Source of the DNA: an uncultured Gammaproteobacteria bacterium
GTDB taxonomy: Bacteria > Patescibacteriota > Patescibacteriia > Magasanikbacterales > JBBTXJ01
Direction of reading: 5' to 3'
Assembly (NCBI GenBank): GCA_964610305.1
Contig: CAZSVL010000006.1
Location: 13,973 to 77,972, forward strand
Length of the DNA: 64,000 bases
The translations under genes were made by a program, and so were the position numbers. The notes beneath the pieces were generated by a model that was given only the letters and a program-made list of their open reading frames with translations, was not told the origin of the DNA and searched no databases. Each line of letters begins with the position of its first letter. Positions within the stretch are counted from its first letter, which is position 1. Shown here one piece after another: positions 9,301 to 18,388 of this stretch.

Positions 9301-12300
9301 GGGATGCTGGCATTGAGCAGTGTGTGGAGGAAGATACCTATATTCCAGAGTTTGGTGTTTGTCCTCCGGGATTTGTTTCTGGTCCAGCAGATGGTTGTAT
9401 TCCAGAGTGGCGCCCAGAGCCAATTAACCCAGGCGTATACTGCCCATCTGGTGAGATATATAACCCAACGACAGACCGTTGTGAGGTTGAAACGCAGCCA
9501 GAGTATTGTACGCAAGAGTATAAGCCGGTCTGTGGAACAGATGGCAGCACCTTTACCAACGCTTGTTACGCTAAGCAGGCGGGTGTCGGTATAAAAAATG
9601 AGGGAGAGTGTGAGAGCACTCCTTATCCACCAGTAGTTGAGCAGTGTTCTAACACAAAATACAATATTGGAGATTCCTACTCATGTGATTATGGCGTTTG
9701 TCCTCACGGATGTAACTACGGATTCAACGGTTGTCCGGTAGAATGTTCTGCTGCTCCAACGGAATACTGTGGAGACGGTATTTGTCAGGAGTATAATGGC
9801 GAGATCTATAGTTGTGAGCAGGATTGTGGAGAAATAGAAAGACCAGAGCAGTGTGCCTCTTATTGTGAGCAGTCATGTGGCTATGAAAACGGAAGCTACT
9901 GTATGTTTGATAACTACGGTTGTGCCCAAGGATGTAGTCCAACGTGTGATGGTTATGATCAGTGGTATGATCAAGAATTAGGACGTTGTATTAACGATAA
10001 AGAATATTCAAAGATTCACGGTTGTTCTGAGCATGAGTACTATGACACCTATTACCGCGTCTGTAGAGAAAATTACTGTCCTGCCGGTTGGCAGTGGGAT
10101 GTAGACTCTGGTGGTTGTGTGAGTCTTGATGATCCAAGTTGTAAGTCTGAGTGTACCGACAGATGTAGCAATAACAGCTGGTGTATGTACGCAGATAACG
10201 GATGTGCCGTAGGTTGCTCGCCAGAATGTCCAGAAAATCAGTATTATGATCAGAAGCAAAGCAAGTGTGTTTCATATTATGACGGCACGGATTGTAAGGC
10301 CACTGATTACAACATGGGCGAGAGCAGTGACTGTAACTACGACACCTGTAGTTCTGGGTGTGAATATAGCGATTCAGGCTGCCCTACTGGCTGCTACACC
10401 CCACCAACCACAGACAAATGTACTGATAATGGATATAACGTAAGCGGAACCGCGGCGTGTGATTATAATGCGTGTTCAGAAGGGTGTACCTGGGATAACA
10501 ACGGTTGTCCTAAGGGTTGCTACGAGCATACGGGTGGTACCTGTGGAGACAACAGATGTGATAGCGGAGAAGAATCATGGTGTTCAACTGATTGTGGCGG
10601 AGAGCAATGTGATAGCACCAAATATAATGATTTCTCTGGATCGTATCAGTGTAGCTATAGCGAGTGTCCATCTGGATGTAACTGGGATGATCGTGGGTGC
10701 GCTGTAGGGTGCTATGATCCTGATTACCAATGTCCAGCTTCTGATTACTCGCGCGGGTACAATAATAGAGAATGTAATTACAACGAGTGTAGCAGTGGTT
10801 GTAATTTTGACACTAATGGTTGCCCTACTGGTTGTATGACCGGAGATGACATGTGTAAATACATGGATGGTTGGTCATATGACAGTATAAGCGGTGGATG
10901 TGTGAAAGACGGCGTAACATGTAGTCAGCCAACATCATGTGATAGTTGCAGAGGACATGGCAATAGCGATAGTTGGTGCAATTACGATTATGATGGTTGT
11001 CCGATGGGTTGTCAGAGTAGTACCTATGGAGACTGTAGAAATAATTCTGGAGAGTCAGCTTGTTGGGCTCAGCCGGGTTGCTCATGGTATACCGAAAATG
11101 GCAGCAGCTTCTGTGAGGGAAATGATTATTATGGCCCACCATCCGCATGTGACTATGATGGTTACTGCGAGGGGGGAGAAAGCTCTAGTTCATGTTCTGA
11201 CTGTTCCTATGATAATGGCGTCTGTACTGGCGACAACAGATCTTCATGTGAATCTGTACCGGATTGTTATTGGTCTGACGACGGACACTACTGCTTCTAT
11301 CAGTCATACACGTGTAATTACGACGGCATCTGTGATGCAAATGAGAGTGGTCCTGAGTGTGGAGACTGCTCGTCCAGTCCTGGCACTTCTATGTGTAACA
11401 ATGATGGCTCTTGCACCTTTGGAGAAACCTATGAGAATTGTGCAGGAGATTGTCCGTATACCGACGGTATGTGCGGAAACGGTAATTGTGACCCAGGAGA
11501 GAGCTATGACAATTGCAGCTCTGACTGCCAAGCTTTAAGCTGTAACAACAACGGATTCTGCGATATTTGGGAGACAAATGCAAATTGTTACCAGGATTGC
11601 CCACCAGATGGCACACTGGGTACGTCATGTAACAACAATGGCTACTGTGATTTTAATGAGAGTTCAAGCTCATGTCCTGCTGACTGTACCAATGCTACGG
11701 GCGGCACCTGTTGGGGCAAAGCATATGATATGTGCGAGACCAGCGGCTGCATATGGTATGAGAATCACTACGATGGATCGCATTGTGACGATTATGCGCA
11801 TGGCAATGCCAATGTATTTCTAGGTTGTAACTATGATGGTATTTGTGGAAACGATGAAGATTATGGTTCATGCCCTGCTGATTGTGGAACGGGCGGAATA
11901 GAGTGTAACTACAACGGTGTGTGCGATGGGTATGAAACCCCAATGCTCTGTCCAGGGGAGTGTGTTGTGAGTGGAACGGACTGTAATTACAACGGTATCT
12001 GTGATCCGTCTGAGACTATGGCGTCATGTTCTAGCGACTGCTACAGCAATGGCGGAGGCAGCACAGCCTGTCCAGACAATGGCTACAACACAGGAAGCGG
12101 CTCTACCAGCTGTAACTACAGCACGTGCGCTAGCGGTTGTCACTATGATGGCCAAGGTTGTCCAACCGCTTGTATGGAGTTAGCGTGTCCAGATATCGGA
12201 TTCAATATTCCGGGAACCATGAACTGTGATTACGCAGCATGTAGTGAAGGGTGTAGCTTTGATGGCCAAGGTTGTCCAAGTGGATGCTTTGCGCCGCCAC

Positions 12301-12386
12301 CACCACCGGTCTCAGGACTGCTTCAGCGATTAGCTACCGGACTCTACGCTCTGATAACGCTACCGGCACGAGCACTAGGATTATAG
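6393..12386 (+). CDS. Giant secreted/surface protein (1997 aa): thrombospondin type 3 repeats, DUF5667-like domain, coiled-coil region, Kazal domain, Cys-rich repeats
   Basis: Signal peptide ending VFA. TSP3 repeats (DKDNDGIADGIDNC, DTDGDGAGDLCD). DUF5667-like LPDSPLHFFKRFGRGVQEALTFDP. Kazal CTQEYKPVCGTDGSTFTNAC. Repeated C.Y..C..GC..D..GCP.GC and CNY(D/N)G.C...E....C..DC units. Confidence 0.9.
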   Translation: MIPLSESHSYWVCNKSLFKKAFFVASIMAAFLLMTVPVFAQEIADKDNDGIADGIDNCIDIANAQQIDADQDGTGDLCDIDDDNDRIADGEDNCPTTANPKQADTDGDGAGDLCDVNTDESAAQSAEALQDENVTLEDLGTIEARVLPDSPLHFFKRFGRGVQEALTFDPVRDAKLKLQHANQQLSETKQMIDQKGMANVAPAVVKSAVKKYQNKLADIKDVADALKAEKVDNPEVIDRLLNDVTDKQLKQQKVLDNIAAQALEVKRKAKEEGRDISDDVDGVLSGVKDVKQSAMEDFTATLATVEDSASNIGVRVTSVMDRQKGSEFKELKNLEILESMRRAAPADVKEAISIAKKNTVEKFEKNLRDLPAVVRADKFENYVKHATSDETKLVKLLDEIKKSSGIPADVLDILEEAKEIAVRRFEEKLSLVEDDVVQASLISGLSVEDDSDIDDLIVLEDFKNRMKVGEKQKELMDEMHNRSIDAFKRKFTDTESADQAELFRKLSQQMLDNPSPKTFKLMQTLEDEVRSDPSKRAFLDQLEDDMQRQYENQYRKEGDRFMDRVATLDPSDIAILQSLDFDSNFEDRLVKRSAEKYKKRMKNIVVPEEFDTFRERFFDIPDFVVQEIKKNDTDFEQAMQFKVRKMEETRAEREREIARASLDYEERELWHQDDRQRQREDDEFWRQLNNSDWEDFDTRKQLWDEKINDRYDTIDSRFDRQKELFEQKMALDPWCDEVCKQIQLQFLEQDLRHEKERLADDLIRERNRIEAEQVQHQQNDPLYGKCDSPESCEYYCSTNPGVPGCEWAIHVDKGQDCGPGAYWDYGRRQCESFDSQVYSCEPGYYWDYAVNGCTPDPYYVPPTNFRTCGYGMFWNEQFGHCESAVTVVTVPPSGVPGEPAPTPGTTYPSGFPPDTYPGDDSYCPYEYRWDSFYSECVPRDYQDCGPGYYYDFYDRRCHRDWQDCGPGFYWDAGIEQCVEEDTYIPEFGVCPPGFVSGPADGCIPEWRPEPINPGVYCPSGEIYNPTTDRCEVETQPEYCTQEYKPVCGTDGSTFTNACYAKQAGVGIKNEGECESTPYPPVVEQCSNTKYNIGDSYSCDYGVCPHGCNYGFNGCPVECSAAPTEYCGDGICQEYNGEIYSCEQDCGEIERPEQCASYCEQSCGYENGSYCMFDNYGCAQGCSPTCDGYDQWYDQELGRCINDKEYSKIHGCSEHEYYDTYYRVCRENYCPAGWQWDVDSGGCVSLDDPSCKSECTDRCSNNSWCMYADNGCAVGCSPECPENQYYDQKQSKCVSYYDGTDCKATDYNMGESSDCNYDTCSSGCEYSDSGCPTGCYTPPTTDKCTDNGYNVSGTAACDYNACSEGCTWDNNGCPKGCYEHTGGTCGDNRCDSGEESWCSTDCGGEQCDSTKYNDFSGSYQCSYSECPSGCNWDDRGCAVGCYDPDYQCPASDYSRGYNNRECNYNECSSGCNFDTNGCPTGCMTGDDMCKYMDGWSYDSISGGCVKDGVTCSQPTSCDSCRGHGNSDSWCNYDYDGCPMGCQSSTYGDCRNNSGESACWAQPGCSWYTENGSSFCEGNDYYGPPSACDYDGYCEGGESSSSCSDCSYDNGVCTGDNRSSCESVPDCYWSDDGHYCFYQSYTCNYDGICDANESGPECGDCSSSPGTSMCNNDGSCTFGETYENCAGDCPYTDGMCGNGNCDPGESYDNCSSDCQALSCNNNGFCDIWETNANCYQDCPPDGTLGTSCNNNGYCDFNESSSSCPADCTNATGGTCWGKAYDMCETSGCIWYENHYDGSHCDDYAHGNANVFLGCNYDGICGNDEDYGSCPADCGTGGIECNYNGVCDGYETPMLCPGECVVSGTDCNYNGICDPSETMASCSSDCYSNGGGSTACPDNGYNTGSGSTSCNYSTCASGCHYDGQGCPTACMELACPDIGFNIPGTMNCDYAACSEGCSFDGQGCPSGCFAPPPPPVSGLLQRLATGLYALITLPARALGL

Positions 12387-12434
12387 ATAACAAAGAGGCT
12401 GGCTTGCCAGCCTCTTTTGGTTTTCTCACACTTT

Positions 12435-12470
12435 GTCATCCCGGATTCGCGTAGCGAAGTCCGGGATCTC
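12435..12470. repeat. GTCAT-tagged palindromic repeat (CGTC-type REP)
   Basis: GTCATCCCGGA...TCCGGGATCTC; same family as 16542, 22105 and 31926. Confidence 0.85.
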
Positions 12471-12481
12471 ACAGAAAGGAA

Positions 12482-12656
12482 AACTAGCAACTGAGCCGAA
12501 TTTGAGTGATATCCTCTGGCCGACCGACAGTCCGCGCCCACCGGCGCGGCTGTCTTGAAACTCCCCCCTGAAATTTTTTGCTTCGCAAAAAAACCAGGTT
12601 TCAGGTTTTCCGTTACATCGTCCAGAGGATGTCATTGAAATTTTACTGTTTTGGTT
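12482..12656 (+). ncRNA. Candidate structured RNA or MITE-like element (three-way junction)
   Basis: 21-nt arms 12499-12519/12622-12642 enclose two hairpins. Mismatches are mostly G-U on the + strand. Confidence 0.4.
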
Positions 12657-12705
12657 AGACACAGATTTTGTTTCACTTTAGTTTAAAAAACGCTATAATA
12701 AGACC

Positions 12706-12954
12706 ATGAAGCAATTTATTCTTGGAGCCCTAGCAACAGCAATAGGTATGTATATGGTTATAAAGACAGAATCTGTTTTGAATATGTTTGGCAGTATGCG
12801 TTGGGCAGAAGAAAAACTCTCTGGCAGATCTAGGATGGGGTATAAATTAATAGGGCTTTTGGTGGTCATCATGGGACTTTTGGCGGTAACGGGTATGTTT
12901 GGAGGATTGGCCAGAGGCGCACTTACAGCTATTTTTGGCGGTGGCGGACAATGA
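12706..12954 (+). CDS. Small membrane protein
   Basis: Two hydrophobic segments; TATAAT 6 nt before ATG (leaderless-type start). Confidence 0.75.
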   Translation: MKQFILGALATAIGMYMVIKTESVLNMFGSMRWAEEKLSGRSRMGYKLIGLLVVIMGLLAVTGMFGGLARGALTAIFGGGGQ

Positions 12955-13493
12955 TAACATCTTCATCTCTTCTAAAACCTCAAACACTGTGCGATATTGC
13001 GCAGTTGCAGCCGGGACACAACGTGGCAGATTTTGGCTGTGGCTCTCACGGATCGCTTGCTCACCATTTAGCACACTCTGTGGGGGAGGCGGGCAAAGTG
13101 TATGCCGTTGATGTGCGACCAGAGGCAGTACGGTTGGTGGGAAGATCACCCGGCCTTTATAATCCACCAACACCCATTGAGCCCATTTGGGCAGATATTG
13201 AACATTACGGCGCATGCAGTATTCCGCATGAAAGTCTTGACGTAGTATTTATAGTTGATGTAATCTCTTACTTGTCTAACATAGTTGGCGCGCTCAGAGA
13301 GGCTCAGAGATTACTGAGCCGCGGAGGACGCGTTGTGGTAGTAGAGTGGGGACATAGCGATCATCCACTAGCGCCACAGATGCCTGTTACACCAGAATCG
13401 GTGGCACGAGCAGGAGCAGATTTAGGCTTTGTTTTTGATCAGATTATTCCGGCCAGCGATCATCACTGGAGTATTGTTTTGCATCATACTTAA
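12951..13493 (+). CDS. Class I SAM-dependent methyltransferase
   Basis: VADFGCGS motif I, GKVYAVDV, LREAQRLLSRGGRVVVVEW. Confidence 0.9.
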   Translation: MITSSSLLKPQTLCDIAQLQPGHNVADFGCGSHGSLAHHLAHSVGEAGKVYAVDVRPEAVRLVGRSPGLYNPPTPIEPIWADIEHYGACSIPHESLDVVFIVDVISYLSNIVGALREAQRLLSRGGRVVVVEWGHSDHPLAPQMPVTPESVARAGADLGFVFDQIIPASDHHWSIVLHHT

Positions 13494-13499
13494 ACATAT

Positions 13500-13919
13500 A
13501 TGAACAATTTTTCACTGGGACATTTTTTTGATTGGGGATACTGGTTTGGTAAACCACTTACTGCTTCTACCAATGCACTTTGGGCAATGGCAATACTCTT
13601 TACGGGCATTTTTTTATTTGGTATTTATGCGGCTAGAAAGAGAAAGCAGGTGGACACGGGTATACAACGCGGCGTTTGGCGCAGATTTGCACAATGGGGC
13701 ATTACGTTTGGACTGTTGGGTTGGGTTTTTTGGCTTGCGCGTTATGAGACAATGCTTATCTTCAGGAGGCGCTACTGGATGCTCATATGGGCGCTGGCGG
13801 CCCTCTGGTGGCTCCACAGAGCATTTAAGCACGCAAAGCACCGTGCTCCGGCCCTAAACGCAGCAGCAAAGCAAGAGGCCTATAGAGAGCGTTATTTGCC
13901 AAAGAGAAAAAATAAGTGA
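13500..13919 (+). CDS. Hypothetical membrane protein
   Basis: Three Trp-rich TM segments, basic tail YLPKRKNK, operonic spacing. Confidence 0.8.
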   Translation: MNNFSLGHFFDWGYWFGKPLTASTNALWAMAILFTGIFLFGIYAARKRKQVDTGIQRGVWRRFAQWGITFGLLGWVFWLARYETMLIFRRRYWMLIWALAALWWLHRAFKHAKHRAPALNAAAKQEAYRERYLPKRKNK

Positions 13920-14272
13920 AGACGCAAAGAAGAGAATTTGGCGACTGGGGAGAAAAAGTTGCGGCGTGGTATTTGCAAAGAAAAGGATACAGGGTTTTTG
14001 CAAAAAATGTTCAATGTAGAGGTGGGGAGATAGATATAGTTGCACTAAAGGCCGGAATTTTGGTTTTTGTGGAGGTCAAGACAAGAAAAACAGATAATTT
14101 TGGCGGTATACAATCTATTACGCCCTATAAACAAAATAAGTTGCGTATTGCCGCGCAGCAGTTTTGTAGAAAAACGGGTGTGTCGGGAGCCATGCAATTT
14201 GATGCTCTCGTCATTGTTGGCGGCTCTCAAAGCAAGAGTATTAGCATAAAACATTACAGAAACTGTTTTTAA
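13916..14272 (+). CDS. yraN: YraN family (UPF0102) endonuclease
   Basis: GDWGEKVAAWYLQRKGY, GEIDIVA, LVFVEVKTR. Confidence 0.92.
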   Translation: MKTQRREFGDWGEKVAAWYLQRKGYRVFAKNVQCRGGEIDIVALKAGILVFVEVKTRKTDNFGGIQSITPYKQNKLRIAAQQFCRKTGVSGAMQFDALVIVGGSQSKSISIKHYRNCF

Positions 14273-14369
14273 ACTTGACACATAATACGCGCGGTGCTAT
14301 ACTGCCCGTAATCAGCATAACTATGCTGGTTATTTTTATACTACAAATTGATTAATAGCTAAAAAAACG

Positions 14370-14401
14370 CGACTAGTTACCAGTTACTAGTTACCAGTTA
14401 T
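14370..14401. repeat. Heptamer tandem repeat (C(T/C)AGTTA)n
   Basis: gactagttaccagttactagttaccagtta; related runs at 26372-26437 and 31805-31845. Confidence 0.7.
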
Positions 14402-14407
14402 AAATGT

Positions 14408-15790
14408 ATGTCTGAAGTAACAAAAGCAATACAGTTTATTGCAGAAGAAAAAGGCTTGGATCCCGAGTCTATTTTAGAAACCGTACAGGTGGCGCTTGCA
14501 GCCGCTTATAGAAAAGATTTTGGCAATAAGCAGCAAAATATCTTGGTTATTTTTGAGCCAGAAAGTGGGGACATGAAGGTGTGGGACGAGAAAACGGTAG
14601 TAGAAGATGTTGATATAGAAGCGCAAGATGCTGAGTATGAGAAATTTGTGGAGCGCAAAGAAGCGGCAGAGGCGGCGGGAGAGGAGTTTGAAGAAGAAGA
14701 AATGGAGCGTTTTAATCCAAAAACAGAGATGATGTTAACTGACGCAAAAGAGCACAAAAAAACAGCAAAAGTAGGTGATGTGTTAAAGATAGATTTAGAA
14801 ATTCCATCAGAGTTTGGCAGAATGGCAGCTCAGACTGCAAAGCAAGTTATTATTCAAAAGCTTAGAGAAGCTGAGCGCCAAACCATGCACGATGACTTTA
14901 AAGATAAAGAAGGAACCGTGGTAACCGGAACTGTCCAGCGTAGAGAGGCACGTGGAGTTTTGGTAGATTTCGGCAAAATTTCTGGGATTATTCCGCTAGA
15001 TCATCAAATTAGAGGAGAGCGATACATGCCAGGGGCCCGTATAAAAGTGTATGTGGTATCCGTGGACATGGGAACACGTGGTCCAGAAATTATTTTGAGC
15101 AGAGCAGATAATGGTTTTGTATCTCAGATTTTTGAGATGGAAATTCCGGAAGTGGCAAGCGGTGTTGTAGAAGTTAAGGGTATTGCCAGAGATGCTGGCT
15201 GGAGATCAAAAGTAGCCGTATGGACAGACGATGACAGCATAGATCCTATTGGATCTTGTATTGGGCAGCGTGGATCAAGAATTCAAGTAATTATAGATGA
15301 ATTGGGTGGAGAAAAAGTAGACATAATCATGTGGGATGAGGACATAAAAACCTATATAGCAAATGCGCTGTCACCGGCAAAAATTAGCGATGTACAGCTA
15401 GACGAAGAAAACAAAACAGCAACGGTGAATGTAACGGACGATCAGTTTTCTCTTGCTATTGGTAGAGGCGGACAGAACGTGAGGTTGGCAGCTTCTCTAA
15501 CCGGATGGAAAATAAATGTGGTTCAAGAAGGTAAAGAGGATGAGGTAATCTCGTCTGAAGACAGTAGAGAAGATGTTGAAGCAAAGACAAACGAAGAGGG
15601 GGTCGGCAGTGAGCAACCGGTAACAGGGGAAGAAGAGGAAGAAGTGCTAGAAGAGGAAAAGCCAGACGAAACGGACTCTCCAGAAGAAGAGCCTAATGAG
15701 GAGGCTCCAGAAGCTTCTGAGGAATCAGAAGAAGAGCCTAAAGAGACTCCAGAAGTGTCAGAAGATTCAGAGGAAGAAGCTGAAGAATAA
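14408..15790 (+). CDS. nusA: Transcription factor NusA with acidic C-terminal tail
   Basis: FGRMAAQTAKQVIIQKLREAER, S1 and KH domains, SLAIGRGGQNVRLAA. Confidence 0.97.
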   Translation: MSEVTKAIQFIAEEKGLDPESILETVQVALAAAYRKDFGNKQQNILVIFEPESGDMKVWDEKTVVEDVDIEAQDAEYEKFVERKEAAEAAGEEFEEEEMERFNPKTEMMLTDAKEHKKTAKVGDVLKIDLEIPSEFGRMAAQTAKQVIIQKLREAERQTMHDDFKDKEGTVVTGTVQRREARGVLVDFGKISGIIPLDHQIRGERYMPGARIKVYVVSVDMGTRGPEIILSRADNGFVSQIFEMEIPEVASGVVEVKGIARDAGWRSKVAVWTDDDSIDPIGSCIGQRGSRIQVIIDELGGEKVDIIMWDEDIKTYIANALSPAKISDVQLDEENKTATVNVTDDQFSLAIGRGGQNVRLAASLTGWKINVVQEGKEDEVISSEDSREDVEAKTNEEGVGSEQPVTGEEEEEVLEEEKPDETDSPEEEPNEEAPEASEESEEEPKETPEVSEDSEEEAEE

Positions 15791-15792
15791 AT

Positions 15793-16527
15793 ATGAAGGC
15801 ACTTTTTCATACCGTACTGTACAAGCCTCTATTTAACGCATTGGTATTGCTCTATGCCCTTTTAGGAAACAATGTGGGGTTTGCTATTATTGTGCTCACC
15901 ATTGCGCTTAAGGCACTTTTGTATCCGCTGATGAGCTCTAGCATAAAGGCGCAAAAGTCTTTGCAAGAGCTTCAGCCAAAACTCAATGAGCTAAAGAAAA
16001 AGCACGGATCAGATAAGCAGGCGCTTGCGCAGGATACCATGACTCTTTATAAAGAGAATCAGGTAAATCCTTTTTCTTCTTGTTTGCCGCTTATTATTCA
16101 GTTGCCAATACTACTGGCGCTTTATTGGGTTTTGCGTGATGGATTGGGCACCACGGATTTTTCTCTGCTTTACGGATTTGTTCAGAGTCCAGAAATTCTA
16201 AATCCTCATTTTTTTGGCTTTGATTTATCTGAGCCTATCCTTCTTTTGGCCGTAATGGCCGGGGCAGCTCAATATTGGCAAGGAAAAATGCTTGCCATTA
16301 CGCGCCCTCCAAAGGCGGCCGGTGAGGGAGGAAAAGATGAAGACATGATGGCTATGATGAACAAGCAGATGATTTACTTTATGCCGGTGCTGACGGTGAT
16401 TATTGGAACAAGGCTTCCTGGTGGTTTGGCCCTGTATTGGTTTATGAGCACTTTTTTAACGGCGGTTCAGCAATTGGTAATTTTCAAAAAGCACGATAAG
16501 GACAAGAAAAAAGAAATAGCAGCTTAA
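15793..16527 (+). CDS. yidC: Membrane protein insertase YidC
   Basis: LQPKLNELKKKH, LYKENQVNPFSSCLPLIIQLPI, GLALYW. Confidence 0.95.
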   Translation: MKALFHTVLYKPLFNALVLLYALLGNNVGFAIIVLTIALKALLYPLMSSSIKAQKSLQELQPKLNELKKKHGSDKQALAQDTMTLYKENQVNPFSSCLPLIIQLPILLALYWVLRDGLGTTDFSLLYGFVQSPEILNPHFFGFDLSEPILLLAVMAGAAQYWQGKMLAITRPPKAAGEGGKDEDMMAMMNKQMIYFMPVLTVIIGTRLPGGLALYWFMSTFLTAVQQLVIFKKHDKDKKKEIAA

Positions 16528-16541
16528 AAGACACCCCACAG

Positions 16542-16581
16542 GTCATCCCGGAATTTTGTGAAGCAAAATATCCGGGATCTC
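16542..16581. repeat. GTCAT-tagged REP inside the yidC terminator loop
   Basis: REP lies between ACACCCCA (16531-38) and TGGGGTGT plus T-run (16588-16600). Confidence 0.8.
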
Positions 16582-16649
16582 AAGAATTGGGGTGTTTTTT
16601 GGTTGACTAAGATATATGGAAATGATATAAATACGCGCAGGAGGTGGTC

Positions 16650-17357
16650 ATGGCGAACCAGGATTTGCTCTTTGCGCGGGTTGCAGGGATCAGAAACGAA
16701 AGCATGCTTGATGATGGCGCTTTCAGGGCTTACCAAGAGCTTTACAGAAGAGGCGAGTTGAGCGAGCTTTTGGTCCGGAGAATTGAAGGTGCTGCACCTA
16801 TTTTATTGAGATTTGCTGCTCATTTGGATACGGGCGGGCGAAAAACCGTATTTGATAAAATCTTAGCTGCTCCAATACTTACAACATGTGAGTTCGCGCT
16901 GAGTCGCAAGCAAACTCTTGGAGACATGCTTTCAGGGGCACAAATTACGATCCCGCAGGCTCATGGCTGTGATGAGAGATTTTGTCAAGATCTAGAGCAC
17001 GTGCATAGTAGACATGTGTTTGAGTTGAGCGCCTTTGTGCATGGCGCAGATCCATCATCAGGCACTCTCAGAGTCATTCAGCCCACCTTTGAGGGGGGTT
17101 ACGGACACCTCCGAGACCGTCTATTTGACGCCGGACTTCGTTTTGCCAATTTGTATGAGTATGCAAGCTCTGGGGCAAAAGTTGGTTCTGCTGCAGTTCT
17201 TATTTTGGGCTCTGCTGACGTTGATGAGGATGGAAAGTGGTTTGCTCCCATGATTACCAAAAGAGCCGATGAGTATCAACTTACTAAGGGTCACTTTGGT
17301 GGCCCGTCTGAAACATGGGCTCTTTGGAGATACGGTGTCCCAGTTGTTGACCTGTAG
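16650..17357 (+). CDS. Hypothetical protein (cassette)
   Basis: TTGACT(16603)-17-TATAAA promoter, AGGAGG RBS, ATG 16650, terminator at ~17365-17387. Confidence 0.75.
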   Translation: MANQDLLFARVAGIRNESMLDDGAFRAYQELYRRGELSELLVRRIEGAAPILLRFAAHLDTGGRKTVFDKILAAPILTTCEFALSRKQTLGDMLSGAQITIPQAHGCDERFCQDLEHVHSRHVFELSAFVHGADPSSGTLRVIQPTFEGGYGHLRDRLFDAGLRFANLYEYASSGAKVGSAAVLILGSADVDEDGKWFAPMITKRADEYQLTKGHFGGPSETWALWRYGVPVVDL

Positions 17358-17425
17358 AGACTTTATCCGCTTTATGCGGATTTTTTGTTGTAGGATGAGT
17401 GGGTATTTTGTGGTAAGGTGAGACT

Positions 17426-18217
17426 ATGAACAAGACAGAAATTAAGGCATTTTTTAATTTGTTTAATTACAAGCTTTCAGGTTATGAGCAATACAGTTGG
17501 TCTGGGCAATGGGGTGAAAATGATCTTAGAGATACTGAAAGTCAGAAGTGGATAGCGCAAAAGATGAAAAAAGCACGGAAAGCGGGAAGGCTTCTGCGAT
17601 GCATTCCTTTTGTAAAAATGGTGGCGGTTTGTAATACGCTATCGGCCGGTCATCCCAAAAAAAGTTCAGACATAGATTTTTTTATTATCATAGAAGAGGG
17701 GAGGCTCTGGATTGGTAGACTGCTCGTGACCGGATGGATGCAGCTCTGGGGAATGCGCCGACACGGGAAAAATGTAAGTGACCATATTTGCCTTAGTTTT
17801 TACATAACACAATCGGCAGGGGATTTATCTAAAGTAGCCATAGAAAATGATGTATACATGAAGTTTTGGATAGGGAACCTTTTGCCACTGTGGAGTCGCG
17901 ATGGCGCGCTGCAGCATTTTTTTAGGAATAATCAGTGGGCGATGGGGGAGTTTCCACAAAGACTAGAGCCATTGCCACTGGATCAAAAACCCACTCCCCT
18001 ACCGATAAAAATTTTTGAAATCGTAAGTTTTTTCGGTGTCGGAAAAATACTAGATTCTCTTGCAAAAAAAATACAAAAAAAGCGCATTATTTCAAAAGAT
18101 CTTCAAAGATCAATTTCTACTGCTGTTGTTGTAAATGACACCATGCTTAAGTTTCATGAGAAGGACACACGGGTTGCTGTTAGGGATAGATGGCTGGCCA
18201 AATTGAACCAGCTGTAA
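17426..18217 (+). CDS. Pol-beta superfamily nucleotidyltransferase-domain protein
   Basis: PFVKMVAVCNTLSAGHPKKSSDIDFFII (DxD motif); C-terminal LKFH. Confidence 0.75.
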   Translation: MNKTEIKAFFNLFNYKLSGYEQYSWSGQWGENDLRDTESQKWIAQKMKKARKAGRLLRCIPFVKMVAVCNTLSAGHPKKSSDIDFFIIIEEGRLWIGRLLVTGWMQLWGMRRHGKNVSDHICLSFYITQSAGDLSKVAIENDVYMKFWIGNLLPLWSRDGALQHFFRNNQWAMGEFPQRLEPLPLDQKPTPLPIKIFEIVSFFGVGKILDSLAKKIQKKRIISKDLQRSISTAVVVNDTMLKFHEKDTRVAVRDRWLAKLNQL

Positions 18218-18375
18218 GCTAGAGGCTATAGGCTGTAGGGTGCCACCATGTCATTCTGAACTTGATTCAGAATCTAGGGTAGAAATTGAGTACGTCTTAA
18301 TCTTCCTAACTGGATACTGAATCAAGCTGCGCATGACGCTAACAGGATTTACAGCATAAAGCCTACAGCCTACGG
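18211..18375. repeat. Composite repeat: heptamer runs flanking a GTCAT...ATGAC palindrome pair
   Basis: Core GAGTACGTCTTA (18288-99) is the reverse complement of the cores at 23362 and 35943. Confidence 0.8.
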
Positions 18376-18388
18376 CATTCAAAAATAC

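Noticed and set aside
12482-12656. Retron msr-msd
   Set aside because: Terminal inverted arms fit loosely, but no reverse transcriptase is adjacent or anywhere in the window.
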